DNA of 64,000 bases from Paramoeba atlantica (lineage: Eukaryota > Protista > Discosea), in contig CDRNVI010000041.1 of NCBI GenBank assembly GCA_977017575.1, positions 248,001 to 312,000 of the forward strand, written 5' to 3'. Of the stretch, positions 46,790-57,900 are shown piece after piece. Under the pieces are notes generated by a model. It saw only the letters and a list, made by a program, of their open reading frames with translations. It did not search any database and had not been told where the DNA came from. Position numbers and translations under genes: made by a program. Positions within the stretch are counted from its first letter, which is position 1. Every line of letters begins with the position of its first letter.

Positions 46790-48232
46790 AGGCGATCACA
46801 GATTGTGGAGCCTGCGTCGCCGCACCAATAGGTGTCGGCACCTCGCCGTGGAAAGTGTTATTTGATTTCGCGTCATTTGGGTATGCGCGATCGGGAAAAC
46901 TTTTCAGCGAGAGAAATAGCAAGAAACCGCCGCAATGGCCGTTAGACCCGATGCCTGCGACGCGGTTAGATGTAAAATTATTGAAAAACATAGCACGGGA
47001 AGAACACCTGGAAGCTCAGGCCGAGATTTTAAAATACTTAGAAAGTGAACATTTCAACAGTTTAGGCTGTGCAAAAGCTACACCGGTTTATCGAGGTGAG
47101 TCCAAATATCTGTCCCCATTTTTAGACGACTTAGTGGAAAGTGGAATCTTGAAACCCCTACCGCGCCGAAAAGCAAAAATCTGGATGTCAGCATTCCTAG
47201 TCCCGAAGCAGCGCAAAAGAACCTTAAGGGCAATTCTGAATGCAATACCTCTGAATGACTTGCAGGAGATGGTGCCAGGGCCGTTAGATCTTCCAGGATT
47301 ATCCAACATTGAAGATATGATTAGGACTCATGCGTTTTTCTGTGAAACTGATGGAAAGAGCTGGTACAACCAGTTCGCTCTTCTTCAGTTGGCATTACCA
47401 TTTTTTGCTATCCGCATCTCTGGAAAAACATTTGCATGGGCTACGTTGCCAATGGGATGGAAGAGTTCCGTAAAGATTGCACCGAACGATTTTAGGTATT
47501 CAGGTAGATCTCACGCGTAAAACCCTATGTTTACCCTGCGATTTCATCGGAAAATTGGTAGCTCTGCGTAACACGTTTCAGACTCTTCAAAAAACTCAAT
47601 CCCGACCCTCGCATCGTCTAGTTTGGAAAGTTTTGGGTACTGTTTTTTGGGCCGCGCGAATTCTGGGGATTCCACAATGCGATTATATAACAGTGATGTT
47701 ATGGATTCGTAACAGGGCTCGATTTCTTTCATGCAATCCGCACTACTGGGATAAGGCTTGCTGGGTGAGAGCGGATTTTATCACTTCTTTGATTGAACTG
47801 CTAAATCGCATCGAAGTAAACAGGCCCCGAAACGTGGGAGAATCACAGGAAGAAAGTGAACGGATCTATGTAGACGCATCACAGGACAGGTGGGGTCTCG
47901 CCTGGTGGGCAGCAGGAAATCTACACTATCGAAGCGGAAAATTTCCCGGCTGGTTGACAGATAAGCCGATAGCCTACAAGGAACTTTATGCTGCTGAAAT
48001 GGGATTGGTAGAATCGGTAAAACGGAATTTAACTAATGTGACCATTATTTCGGACAACAAAAATGTCGTGTCTTGGATGTCTCGCTGGTGCGCGGGTCCT
48101 CCCATTATTATGTCATGGTTGCAGCGCCTCCTTACGGTTTATTACGTGAAGGGTACGTTCAAGGGCATCACCTGGACGAGCTCGCATACGAACCTTGCGG
48201 ACGCGCCATCACGACTGGGGGGGTCAGTATGA
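46790..48232 (+). pseudogene. DIRS-type RT and RNase H of family X; YxDD region deleted near 47480
   Basis: FLVPK..LRAILN, TDGKSWYNQF, LPMGWKSS, then a jump to ILGIQVD in another frame; RIYVDAS, KELYAA, ISDN, NLADAPSR. Confidence 0.85.
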
Positions 48233-48541
48233 ACGGCAGCATTACTAATAGTGAAAAGCGTTTAGCTCTTTATTTTTCACATTCGTACGCTTGGATAACA
48301 GTAACTGTGGCCGTGAACCGGAGGACGACAAACATGGTTATACACAACATTCTATAAATTGAATTTAAGAAACTACGACTTGATTAAGGTATGTAGGTTT
48401 AGTACTAAAAACAGAAATTATTAGATTAAACAACAAAAGCTTAATCGTGTTATTCTCCAAAGTAGAAACCGTTCCTAACAGTGAAATTTTCGCGTCTATC
48501 TCTTTAGCATATCCTTTTGGTATCTATAGTTCTTACTTCGC

Positions 48542-50869
48542 TTGGCATGTAACTCAGCCGTTATGGAAAAAAAAAATACTACTGTGCAAAGGGATGCGTT
48601 TCTGGAGAATCATCAGATGAACTTTCCAGAAAAAGCCAAAGATGATTCATCAGTGGATTTGTTACCAATACCCACGCTACGTTCAATAAGCCCTGACCTC
48701 GCTCCGTATGTTGTCGTGGTGCTGAGGAACATCGTCCAGGAGTATATAAATTCCGATCACACGCAAAGAACGAAAATATGGCACCGTTTGCTATCAGCCA
48801 TTAAGTTATCCCTAGCGACTGTTCGAGAAAACAGTGGAAAAAGGCGAAGACGGCTCCCGTTACGGGAGCCCGATGACGGTGAACGAAAAGAGGAGACACT
48901 GAGCGATACACGAGCCATCAAACGAGCGACAAGGCTAGTATTGGATGGATGTACTTCCAAGGCGGCCAAGGTCTTGGATCAGACCTTTACACCAAAGCAA
49001 CTAACGGATGAAGAGACCCTTGACAAGCTTGCCGCCTTACATCCGCAAAGACAATACGAAGTTTCTTTGCCGGAGGACGCGCCGATAATTAGCGGGATAA
49101 TGACGGAGGAGCTACGGAAAGCTGGGAAGCGACTCGCAAAAGGCGTAAACCCTGGCCCAACTGGAATGACAGACGGGATTGTGCAACTCATGCTCGATAA
49201 TGAGATTTCATGCACTAATCTTGCCCATATGATATCGGATCTAATCAACGGATTCGTGGATCACAGCGTTTTGTTTCGATTAAACCGAGCACGGCTCGTA
49301 GCCATTCCTAAATCCAACGGAGGAGTCAGACCAGTGGCAATGGGCGAGATATTTATGAAGCTTGCCGGCGTTATATTGCTCCAGCGCTAAGAACACACTT
49401 TGGGCCCTCTTTTTGCACCACTGCAACACGGCGTTTCGTCAAAGGCAGGATGCGAAAAAATCGTTCATAGACTGCATGAGCGTTTTAAGTCTGGACACGT
49501 CATTCTTTCCATTGACGCCAAAAACGCCTTCAACTCCCCGAATAGGGCGGATATCGCCAAACACGTATTTGCTTTTGGTACACTACGCCCGTTTCAACGG
49601 ATCTTTCACGCTGAATACGGCCAACCCTCAGAGCTACTGTATTACGGATCCGATGGAACGCTATTCGGAGTCATTCCCAGCACATGTGGTTTGCGGCAAG
49701 GTTCCCCGCTGGCATCTCTATACTACTGCGCCTTCCTGCAGCCACTATTGGAGATTCTGAAACAAGAGTTTCCCGACATCGAAATATATGCGTTTATTGA
49801 TGACGTGAACATGGCTTCGAAAAACTCACAATCATTGGCCAAAGCATTTGTAAGGCTCCAAGAAATGGTGAATGCTCACAACATTGAACTTGCGCCTGGA
49901 AAATGCGTGTGGTTCGGTGGACAGGAAAAAATCCCGATTCCAGAACAGCTTGCAAATGAAGGGGTCAAGGCTGCGTACGATTCTATAAAGATCCTTGGGG
50001 CACACCTTGGAGAAGATGAATCTGTAAAGTCGGGTTTGTTTCAGCAGCTTGTCAGGAATACCGAAGCTTTTCGCCGATTAAAACTTATGGGCGCCAACAA
50101 TGTCTCACTTTTGCTACTTTCCAAAAGCATGAATGTGAGGCATCAATACGCCATATGAGTGCACGAGCCAACGTTATCCGACGCGGTCTCTCTCAGTTTC
50201 GACAACAACGTCGAAAAAGTGCTGCACCAGTGGTTGGGAGAAATGACCAAAAAGCAAATCGAATTGTCTCGGCTGCCGCTAAAGAAAGGAGGCCTCGGTC
50301 TGACATCATGTCATAGTATTCGTGCGGCGTCATACGAAACTTCTCGTTACCTAGCTCTAGAGCGCAAAAACTCAATTTCTGCTCGGGCGGGCAATATGAG
50401 TAACGTATCCGCTATCATGGATAATGGAATGAGTCAAACAGCAGTGGTCGCCCCAATCGATGAAGTAACAACAGCCGCGCAATTGCACCAGAAAGCATAC
50501 GAGGCTTTAAAGGATCACGATCCCAAGCTAGCCACAATATTAAATGCCACCACACGGAAAGGAAACTATGACTGGTTACAGTCTAATGCTAAATTTGTAC
50601 CCACACGTGCATTTCAGATTGCAATCATGACACGTCTTGGGATGCCTCATCCTCGACTCCCGAAATCGCTGCTGTGCCCCGGCTGTCGTATGTTACTTGA
50701 CAACAAAACAGCTTTGCAGCACATCCCCGGATGCGTCCAATGTACAGGGCTTAATGCCACAGTGAAGCACAATCGGCTGGTTAAGTATATCTTCGATTTG
50801 GCGCAAAAGGCCGGTATACAATGCGAGAAAGAACCGCGATCTTTTTCGACTTGGCAATGCGGAAATTGC
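48542..50869 (+). pseudogene. CRE family-1 RT-RLE fragment with two in-frame stops, cut by the family-Y insertion
   Basis: LPIPTLRSISPD, GVRPVAMGE, GLRQGSPL, AFIDD, CPGC..HIPGC. Confidence 0.88.
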
Positions 50870-51047
50870 TAATAGTCCACGTTTTGAAATTTAGCCGATG
50901 GGCTGTTATGTATTTGCCTGCTGGCCCTTCGGGGCACATAATTTCTTCAAATTATGATTTGTGTTCTATAATTACATGGATTGGATATTCTACTATTTCT
51001 TATATATCCTTGTTAGGTTGTTAGTCGTACTACGTTTAAGTTTTTGT

Positions 51048-52451
51048 ATGAGATCCCAACGATTGCGGGCTCCGTCGGAGCCACGACAGGAGCGCGATAG
51101 ATCACCGAAGCGGAATAGGGCGCCGACACCCATTCAGACCTCCTCTTTCCAAGACCATTCCAAGCGTCAGTCCCTTTCGTGCCCTCCCGTGCGCCCCCCT
51201 CTCCCTCATCTCCCCACGCAGCCGGCTCCGCAGGTATCCGCGCGACCTCCTCCGATTCCCCCTACTCCTGTCCCAGCGCGCCGAAAGGTACGCCCTTCAG
51301 GAAGAGCACTCAGCCCCGCCCGCGAACCGCCTAGCCCTCTCCCTTCCAACCTTCCCAGTTTGCCTGCGAGCTCCCTCCCTAGCCCGTACCCATTTCCGCT
51401 GGAGGCTCCCGAGCCCCATATGCGACGAAGAGGAACCCTTAACCCTGACCAGGTTGAGGCTTCTCGCTCGCCGCGCCGTTACGAGGCCCTTGACATTGAC
51501 CACGTCGAGTTGCCGCAGCGTTCACGCTGTGATGCGCGTGGGATCATGACACAATCCAGCAAAGAAGAGTTCATCACGAAAGTGATTGAGCTTCTGCGCA
51601 AGGACTACGAGGTCACTGTCGAGGCTGTATGGTCCCTTCCCCGTGACGGCCTACGGCAGACGGTTATAGGGTTGGTGCATATGACGCATCCAAAGGACCC
51701 TAACTCAACTGAGTTGTTCGCCGAGTGGGATGGGGACAAGAACACTGCCTATCGTTTTCCCCATCCCGAGATCAACTACCACTCTTTGGAACTGTCTCAT
51801 GTTCGGGCGCAGATGCCGGGTGGGAAACCAGTTGAAGATCTGATCCCCACGTTTGAACGCGTCCGTATTACGGACCCGAAAGGCTTCTCCCCCTACGATC
51901 CGGTTACTTGGCAACCGTGGATCGACACGGATGATTTGTTCAAGCCACGTGAACTCATCCGTGAGCTGCGCGAAGCTCCGCAGCTTGGGGTACGCTTCAA
52001 CCCGCCGCCGCAGCGTGAGCGCCTGTTCAAAATGTTAACTGAATGGGTTTACGCTGCGTGTAATACGGAGGGATGGCTAGAGAAGCACAACCTCGCCGTA
52101 GCCCTTCTCATCATCGAAGAGCTTCGCAACCATTATTGGGCTGCGGCGGGCGTTGCTGTCGAGCGTGTGCAACAGCGGTTGCACCGTGACGACGACCCTC
52201 AGGACCGCTATGGTCAGCTTGTTGTGGACGAGCAACTGAGGGGCCGAACCGCTCAGCGTGCTCCCCGCCGACGAACCCAGGCGCCATATTGCTTCGCGTG
52301 CCACCACTCTGGCCACTTCCGCTCAAACTGTCCCCAATCATCTCAACACCAAGGGGGACAGTTCCGCAGCCAACGAACCCCAGCCCAGGATTTTCGAGGC
52401 GGGGTGGTGGGCGGCGCCAACCGTTACGGCGCAACACGGGCTTTCCACTAG
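51048..52451 (+). CDS. gag-like ORF1 of family Y with CCHC zinc knuckle
   Basis: CFACHHSGHFRSNC; the start matches the mini element. Confidence 0.85.
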   Translation: MRSQRLRAPSEPRQERDRSPKRNRAPTPIQTSSFQDHSKRQSLSCPPVRPPLPHLPTQPAPQVSARPPPIPPTPVPARRKVRPSGRALSPAREPPSPLPSNLPSLPASSLPSPYPFPLEAPEPHMRRRGTLNPDQVEASRSPRRYEALDIDHVELPQRSRCDARGIMTQSSKEEFITKVIELLRKDYEVTVEAVWSLPRDGLRQTVIGLVHMTHPKDPNSTELFAEWDGDKNTAYRFPHPEINYHSLELSHVRAQMPGGKPVEDLIPTFERVRITDPKGFSPYDPVTWQPWIDTDDLFKPRELIRELREAPQLGVRFNPPPQRERLFKMLTEWVYAACNTEGWLEKHNLAVALLIIEELRNHYWAAAGVAVERVQQRLHRDDDPQDRYGQLVVDEQLRGRTAQRAPRRRTQAPYCFACHHSGHFRSNCPQSSQHQGGQFRSQRTPAQDFRGGVVGGANRYGATRAFH

Positions 52452-52454
52452 GAA

Positions 52455-53725
52455 ATGCCCCCCACCCCAATTACTGCTCGTGCCCGTCTTCCCAGGCGAC
52501 GACGGGTGGATATTCTTACCCCTGTTTCCTCCCCGTCTCTCCGCCAGCGCGAAAGACGGCCACGCGTGCGTGGCACTACTCCTCCTCCCCGCCCTCTCTC
52601 CCCGTTACGTCTAAGGCGCAGAAGCGTCTCCCTCCCAATCCGTCCTCTACCCCGGCTTCCCGTTCCCGTTTACGCCGCCGCCAAGACGGCCGCCGCCAAA
52701 ACCGCCGCCGTCGTAACCGCCGACGCCGCACAGCCGCCAGGGAGACGCCGCCAGGAGTTGCTGAGGGCGATTCTTCGAATGCCCCCCGAGGACCCACGCG
52801 CCACCCAGATGAACGAGGCGCTCCAGCCCATGTGGGCGACGGCCACGTGGGCCACAAGGGAGCGTTTATGGTTCCGCCTGCGCGAGTATTGCCAGGCGAA
52901 GGGAATCACCGCGAATCCTGCAAACGCGGTGCTCTTCCTAGAGACTCTGCCTCTCGCTACCTCGACGCGCATGGGGTACGCAGGGGCATTGAGGACTCTG
53001 TTCGAGCTCATGGGAATCGAAGGTACCCCATTGAGTCTCTACGTAAAGGCCCTGCAGGCGCAGGGGGGGGCTAGAACCCACGCGGCAGATGCTACCAATC
53101 ACGCCACTTCTTCTAAAGAAGCTGAGACGTCACCTCGACGTAAAGGAGAGCATGTGTTGCCTCCTGTGTTGGAAAGCCGCTGCGAGATGGACCGAGACCG
53201 CCGACCTGAGGCGGGAGCAGCTTGTGAGTGTGGCCAGTCACGAGGTAGTCATTTATTGGGGCAGGGGGACCAAGACAACCCGTATGAATCTAATAGTCCA
53301 CGTTTGGAAATTTAGCCGCGGGGCAGGGAGTTGTTTATGCCTGCTTGGCCCTTCGGGGCACATAATTTCTTCAAATTATGATTTGTTTCAAATAGTGTTG
53401 TAATTTCATTATTCATTCTTTATATTCTTGGTAGGCTATTTTTTCTACTTACCGGCCGTACCTCTACGCGAGAGTGACTGGCCCCGGAACGCCCGAACTG
53501 GCTCAGTTTGTGGGAAGTATGAGACCAGGCCAACGCCTGTCTTACACGACGGTCCGGGAGATGGACCACAGGATGAATCAACTTCTCGGTCCCGGATATG
53601 GAGCACATTCCATAAAAAGAGGTGCGATTACTTACCTATTCCACGAGATCTCCCTCGGGAATCTCAGGATGGAGGACGTCCAGAACCTCACGAAACACCT
53701 CAACGTCGAATCACCAGTGCTGTAA
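52455..53725 (+). pseudogene. Tyrosine recombinase of family Y (extra G in the run at 53063-53070, 157-bp insertion, catalytic Tyr codon is TAA)
   Basis: AARWTET, GTKTT, AHSIKRG, LTKHLNVESPVL*. Confidence 0.85.
53291..53447 (+). mobile_element. 157-bp solo copy of the family-Y 5' module inserted in the YR gene
   Basis: Homologous to 50870-51020; removal restores TTRMN-P-YRPYLYARVTGPG. Confidence 0.75.
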
Positions 53726-54909
53726 CCTCGGAGCACGTGGCAAAGTGCTTCGAGGAAGTGCCTTACCTTCGCAGGCACTCCGTTGTTTGTGCACGCCGCT
53801 CTTCACGGCTAGCCAAGGCACACGACGCACACCTACCTTTGCACGTTAAGAAGTCGATACCTGTTATCCATTTGGATCAGGTTAAGGAGTGGATGAGTAT
53901 GTCAGCTGCCACTCGTTTTCGCAAGGTAGTGGATGAATTATTATGGGTACCTAAAGCCCCGTACCCCGAACCTAGTGTGAAAGGTTCATTGCCTGAGGCG
54001 GACGTCCGATTGTTGGAGGACGCAGGCATAATCTCTAAGGTCCCGGCGCAGGAGTTGAGAAAGCGCCCATCGATGCAGTTCACGATTCCCTTCACGGTTG
54101 TGGAGACCGATGATGAGGGCAATCAGCGCAGAAGATTTATTTCATGGACAAGGGACGATAACGATAGATTAAAATCATATGAACCAAAGGTCCCATTATA
54201 TCATCCCTCCAAGTATCTTCATAAGGCGCACGAGCCGATGGCTGTGAAGCGGGACTTCACATGCGGGTTTTACCAGATTGGTATCCCGAAGAGTGCGCGG
54301 CCCAAATTCCGCCTTAGAACGACCAGTGGAGACGTGTATGAGATGAACGTCCTCCCGATGGGCCATAGGTGTGCACCGGAGGTTATGCACACGGTTACCG
54401 CCGCGATTGCTGGCGAGGCGTCGATTTGTTCTCAGCGCTCCTCGTTTTTTTTCTTTTTTTTTGGATTTTTGGACTCGTTTCACCGAGGCGCTATCGACGT
54501 TTATGTTGACGGAGTTCGGTTTGCAGGAACCGACTCCGAGGCCACCACGTACGCTCAGTTCATTGACGAGCGTTGCGACAAAGCGAACGGTCTTTTCAAA
54601 GATCGGGGTCAGCCCCCTGTAGCACAGTACGTGTTCAATGGGGTGGCGTTCGACCATAACGCGCATACGGTCTGCCTGGGGCCGCGAGTGATCAGGAAAC
54701 TGCGAGCCGACTCTTTCTTCAACATTTCCTTTGTTGACCTAGAGGCGGTGGTGGGGCGCCTCATTTATGGCTCCGCAGTTCTCCGACTCAATATGCCGCG
54801 ATTTTATTTCGCTTTAAAGGTGGCGCAACGGCGTATCAACTTGTTGATATCAGAGAGAAGACCACTTTTTGTATTAAGACCACTTTTTGTATTAATACGT
54901 TGGTACAAA

Positions 54910-57900
54910 ATGGCGGAGGCCTCCGGACCGTTCGAAAGTGTGTTGGAAGTCTGTGGCAAACTTCGGACGGCCAGGTGTGGTCGGGGCAACCTTTTTCTGC
55001 CTCCACAGCAGAGGGGGGTTGGGACAAAACTCCGGCAGCGGGCCCTTTTACAGATGTCAAAGGTTTTGGCTGTGGGAAAACACGTGGCTGTTGTTTGGTG
55101 TATGGCTTATAACGAACGTATTACACTCTGGGAAGGGGTGGTTCACTCATCGCTTGATGGGTCTGGTTGGCTCGTCAAGTACGACTTGATGAATGGGCGA
55201 CTTCTCCCGTTTCCTCCGAGAGATGATCGTATCCATGTGCTAGGCGGCAGAGTTGGACTGCTTCCAAAATCTTTGCGCAAACGTAATCGGAAACGCAAAT
55301 CCTGCTTTCGGCGTGGCTACCGAGAGCAGAGACCCAAGATCAAAGCTATGAGAGAGGGGTTTGCAGTAAGCACCATGAATGTAGATACTTTAAAGTGTAA
55401 AACCACAGACGAGTTTGCTCTACGTAAATGTTTCCGTTTGCATCAAGCTGTAGAGTTCATGCGAAGTTACGGCGTAACAATAATGGCCTTGCAGGAAACG
55501 CGACTATCGTTCAAGAGCGAGGAACCGATCATTCATCGTAGGCTCTATCTGGCTGGCATTAGTGTTAATATATATATTATGAGTGCAATAAAGGGCTATA
55601 ACGGAATGGCAATGCTGAGTCTGCAACCCATGGGTGTTGAAAAGATCAATGATCGCATTATGAAAGGAACAATACATATTGGAAAGATGAAGGCGTGTAT
55701 ATTTAATGTTTACTCCCCGACGGCTGGTGCAAAGAAAGAGAAGCAAGAATCGTTTGATGAGGAGCTATTTGATGCTTGGCATGATTCCCAATGTTCGCTA
55801 AAGCTAATATGCGGAGACATGAACGCACCTTTGCAAGATCCAAACGGCAGAAAATGTTGTTCGGAAAGAGCGCAAGAATTTCGCAAATTTTTGGTAACCC
55901 TTGGATCTAAATCGGCTCATCAATGTTGCAGCGCAGAAAGAAAGTGGACTTATAGGTTTCCACCTACGCCGAAACACCCTGATGGTCTAACAAAACAGCT
56001 TGATCATATCATAATAAATTCCCGTTTCAGCTCAGCATTTCGGTATCAGAAGGTGCTTTTGGCTCCCATACCTACGAGACACTGTGCAGTAATAGCAGGA
56101 TTAAATATAAAATGGAGAGTGGCATGCAAACCTGGTAAGTTACAACCGTTTTGGGGATCCTTGAGAAACGAAACCATATGTGATACATTCGTGAAAAATG
56201 TGGAGGAGTCAATTCAGGGGGGAAATAAACGGTCACGAGAAGGGTCAATTGGCCCCGCTTTATGGGATAAGCTATCGTCCGCAGTCAACTCCGCCGCAGA
56301 GAAATTACCCAGGAAAATTGCCAATATTGGAAAAGCTCCTGACTCGGAAACTGACTCGCATTCCCTTGATATGAAAACTATTGTGCAAATTGCTCGAAAT
56401 CGAAGGACTTTCGATACCTTTGCTCGAGAACACGGAAAAATGATTGAAGAATGCGTGAAAGAAGAATGTGAAGTGATCCAAGAAAAGCTATATAAATGTC
56501 CAAAAAGCGCGTATCAAGCAATTCGCTATATTGTAGGGGAAAATCGAAAAGTATTCTCCATGTTTGGTGAAAATGTTCGAGACAGTATGTGCAGAGTGAG
56601 AGGACATTTTCAGGCGATAGGTAACCAATTAGATCAAATTTCCGAACCGGTAAACTTCCCTAACTGTAATAAAAGCTTAATTGGTATTGAGGATACGGAA
56701 TTTACCCCAAAGGAGCTCAGAATTTCTCTGCAAAAAGTCAAATCTGGAAAAGCTTCAGGCTCCGACAACATTCCTATTGAGGCTCTCTCTACATTGGCTC
56801 AGAGGGAAGAAGCACTTGGCATGCTCTTGAACATAATAAATGAAGTAATGTGTATCGGTGCCGCGGCGGATAAATGGAAGATGATTCTGCAAGTGCCACT
56901 TCCAAAGAAAGGGAATCTCAATGATCTTACAAATTGGAGACCGATATGCATTGTAAACCATGTGGTAAAGGTAATGAACCGGATGGTACTAGAGCGTATA
57001 CAACCAGCCGTTGAGAATATGCTTCGCTCAAATCAGTTTGGATTTCGCCCGCACCGATCCACTGCCGGCGCACAGGCAACTTTCGTGGAAATAGCTACTA
57101 AAGCTTCGAGGGGAGAAGGTGTTGCGGTAGCGTTTGTTGACTTTAAGCAGGCATTTCCTTCCGTTACTTTCTCTGCAATACGAGATGCGCTGAGAGCATT
57201 CCACATACCGGAAAATATTACTAAAGTTATTATGAGCATGTATGAAGGCCTGAAATCTTATGTGAGGACGCCTCATGGTGACACCGAATCGTTTTCTATT
57301 GAAAATGGTACTCTACAAGGGGATGTGCTCGCGCCATATCTCTTTATTATGGTCCTCGACAGGATTATGGCAGAGGCCATTGACGCGAAGGGGTTGGGTG
57401 TCATTGCTTATTCCACCGGGACGAAGAGTCGCGGCGAAAAGCACCTCCGAATTTCTGATGTGGCATATGCAGATGACGTAGTTCTCTTCGCTTCTTCTAG
57501 GTCTGAACTCTCCGAAATGCTAGAAAACCTGTGCAAGTATGCAAAGAGGGCAAACCTTCAGGTAAATCTGGGCAAAAACAAGACCGCATGGATGGTTCTA
57601 GGAAAAATTGATGACATGACAGCTCCCCTTCTAGTCCCAAGTGTTGGAGAAATCCCCCGAGTATACAAATATAAATATCTTGGAAGTACACAAGAGAATG
57701 AAAATCGTCATGTAGCCCCACAAGAACGCATTCGTCTAGGATGGGCCACAATGCATAAACTTCATGCGATATGGAACTCACCAATTCAAGTCGCAAGTCG
57801 GTTAAAAATATTTCGAACACTTGTTATGCCTGTTATTAATTACAACTGCGGCACGTGGAATATTTCATCGAATCAAATGAGCGAATTGGACGTACAAGTC

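Larger units (their letters stand above)
43135..48380 (+). mobile_element. Tyrosine-recombinase retrotransposon family X (gag-YR-RT/RH order, VIPER/TATE-like), bounded by 39-bp direct repeats
   Basis: Identical ACACAACATTCTATAAATTGAATTTAAGAAACTACGACT at 43135-43173 and 48342-48380; gag, YR and RT-RH ORFs lie between. Confidence 0.85.
50870..54847 (+). mobile_element. Tyrosine-recombinase retrotransposon family Y (5' module, gag, YR, partial RT), truncated by the LINE
   Basis: 5' module shared with 7297 and 53291; gag with CCHC knuckle; YR motifs; RT identical in sequence context to 59689-60789. Confidence 0.88.
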
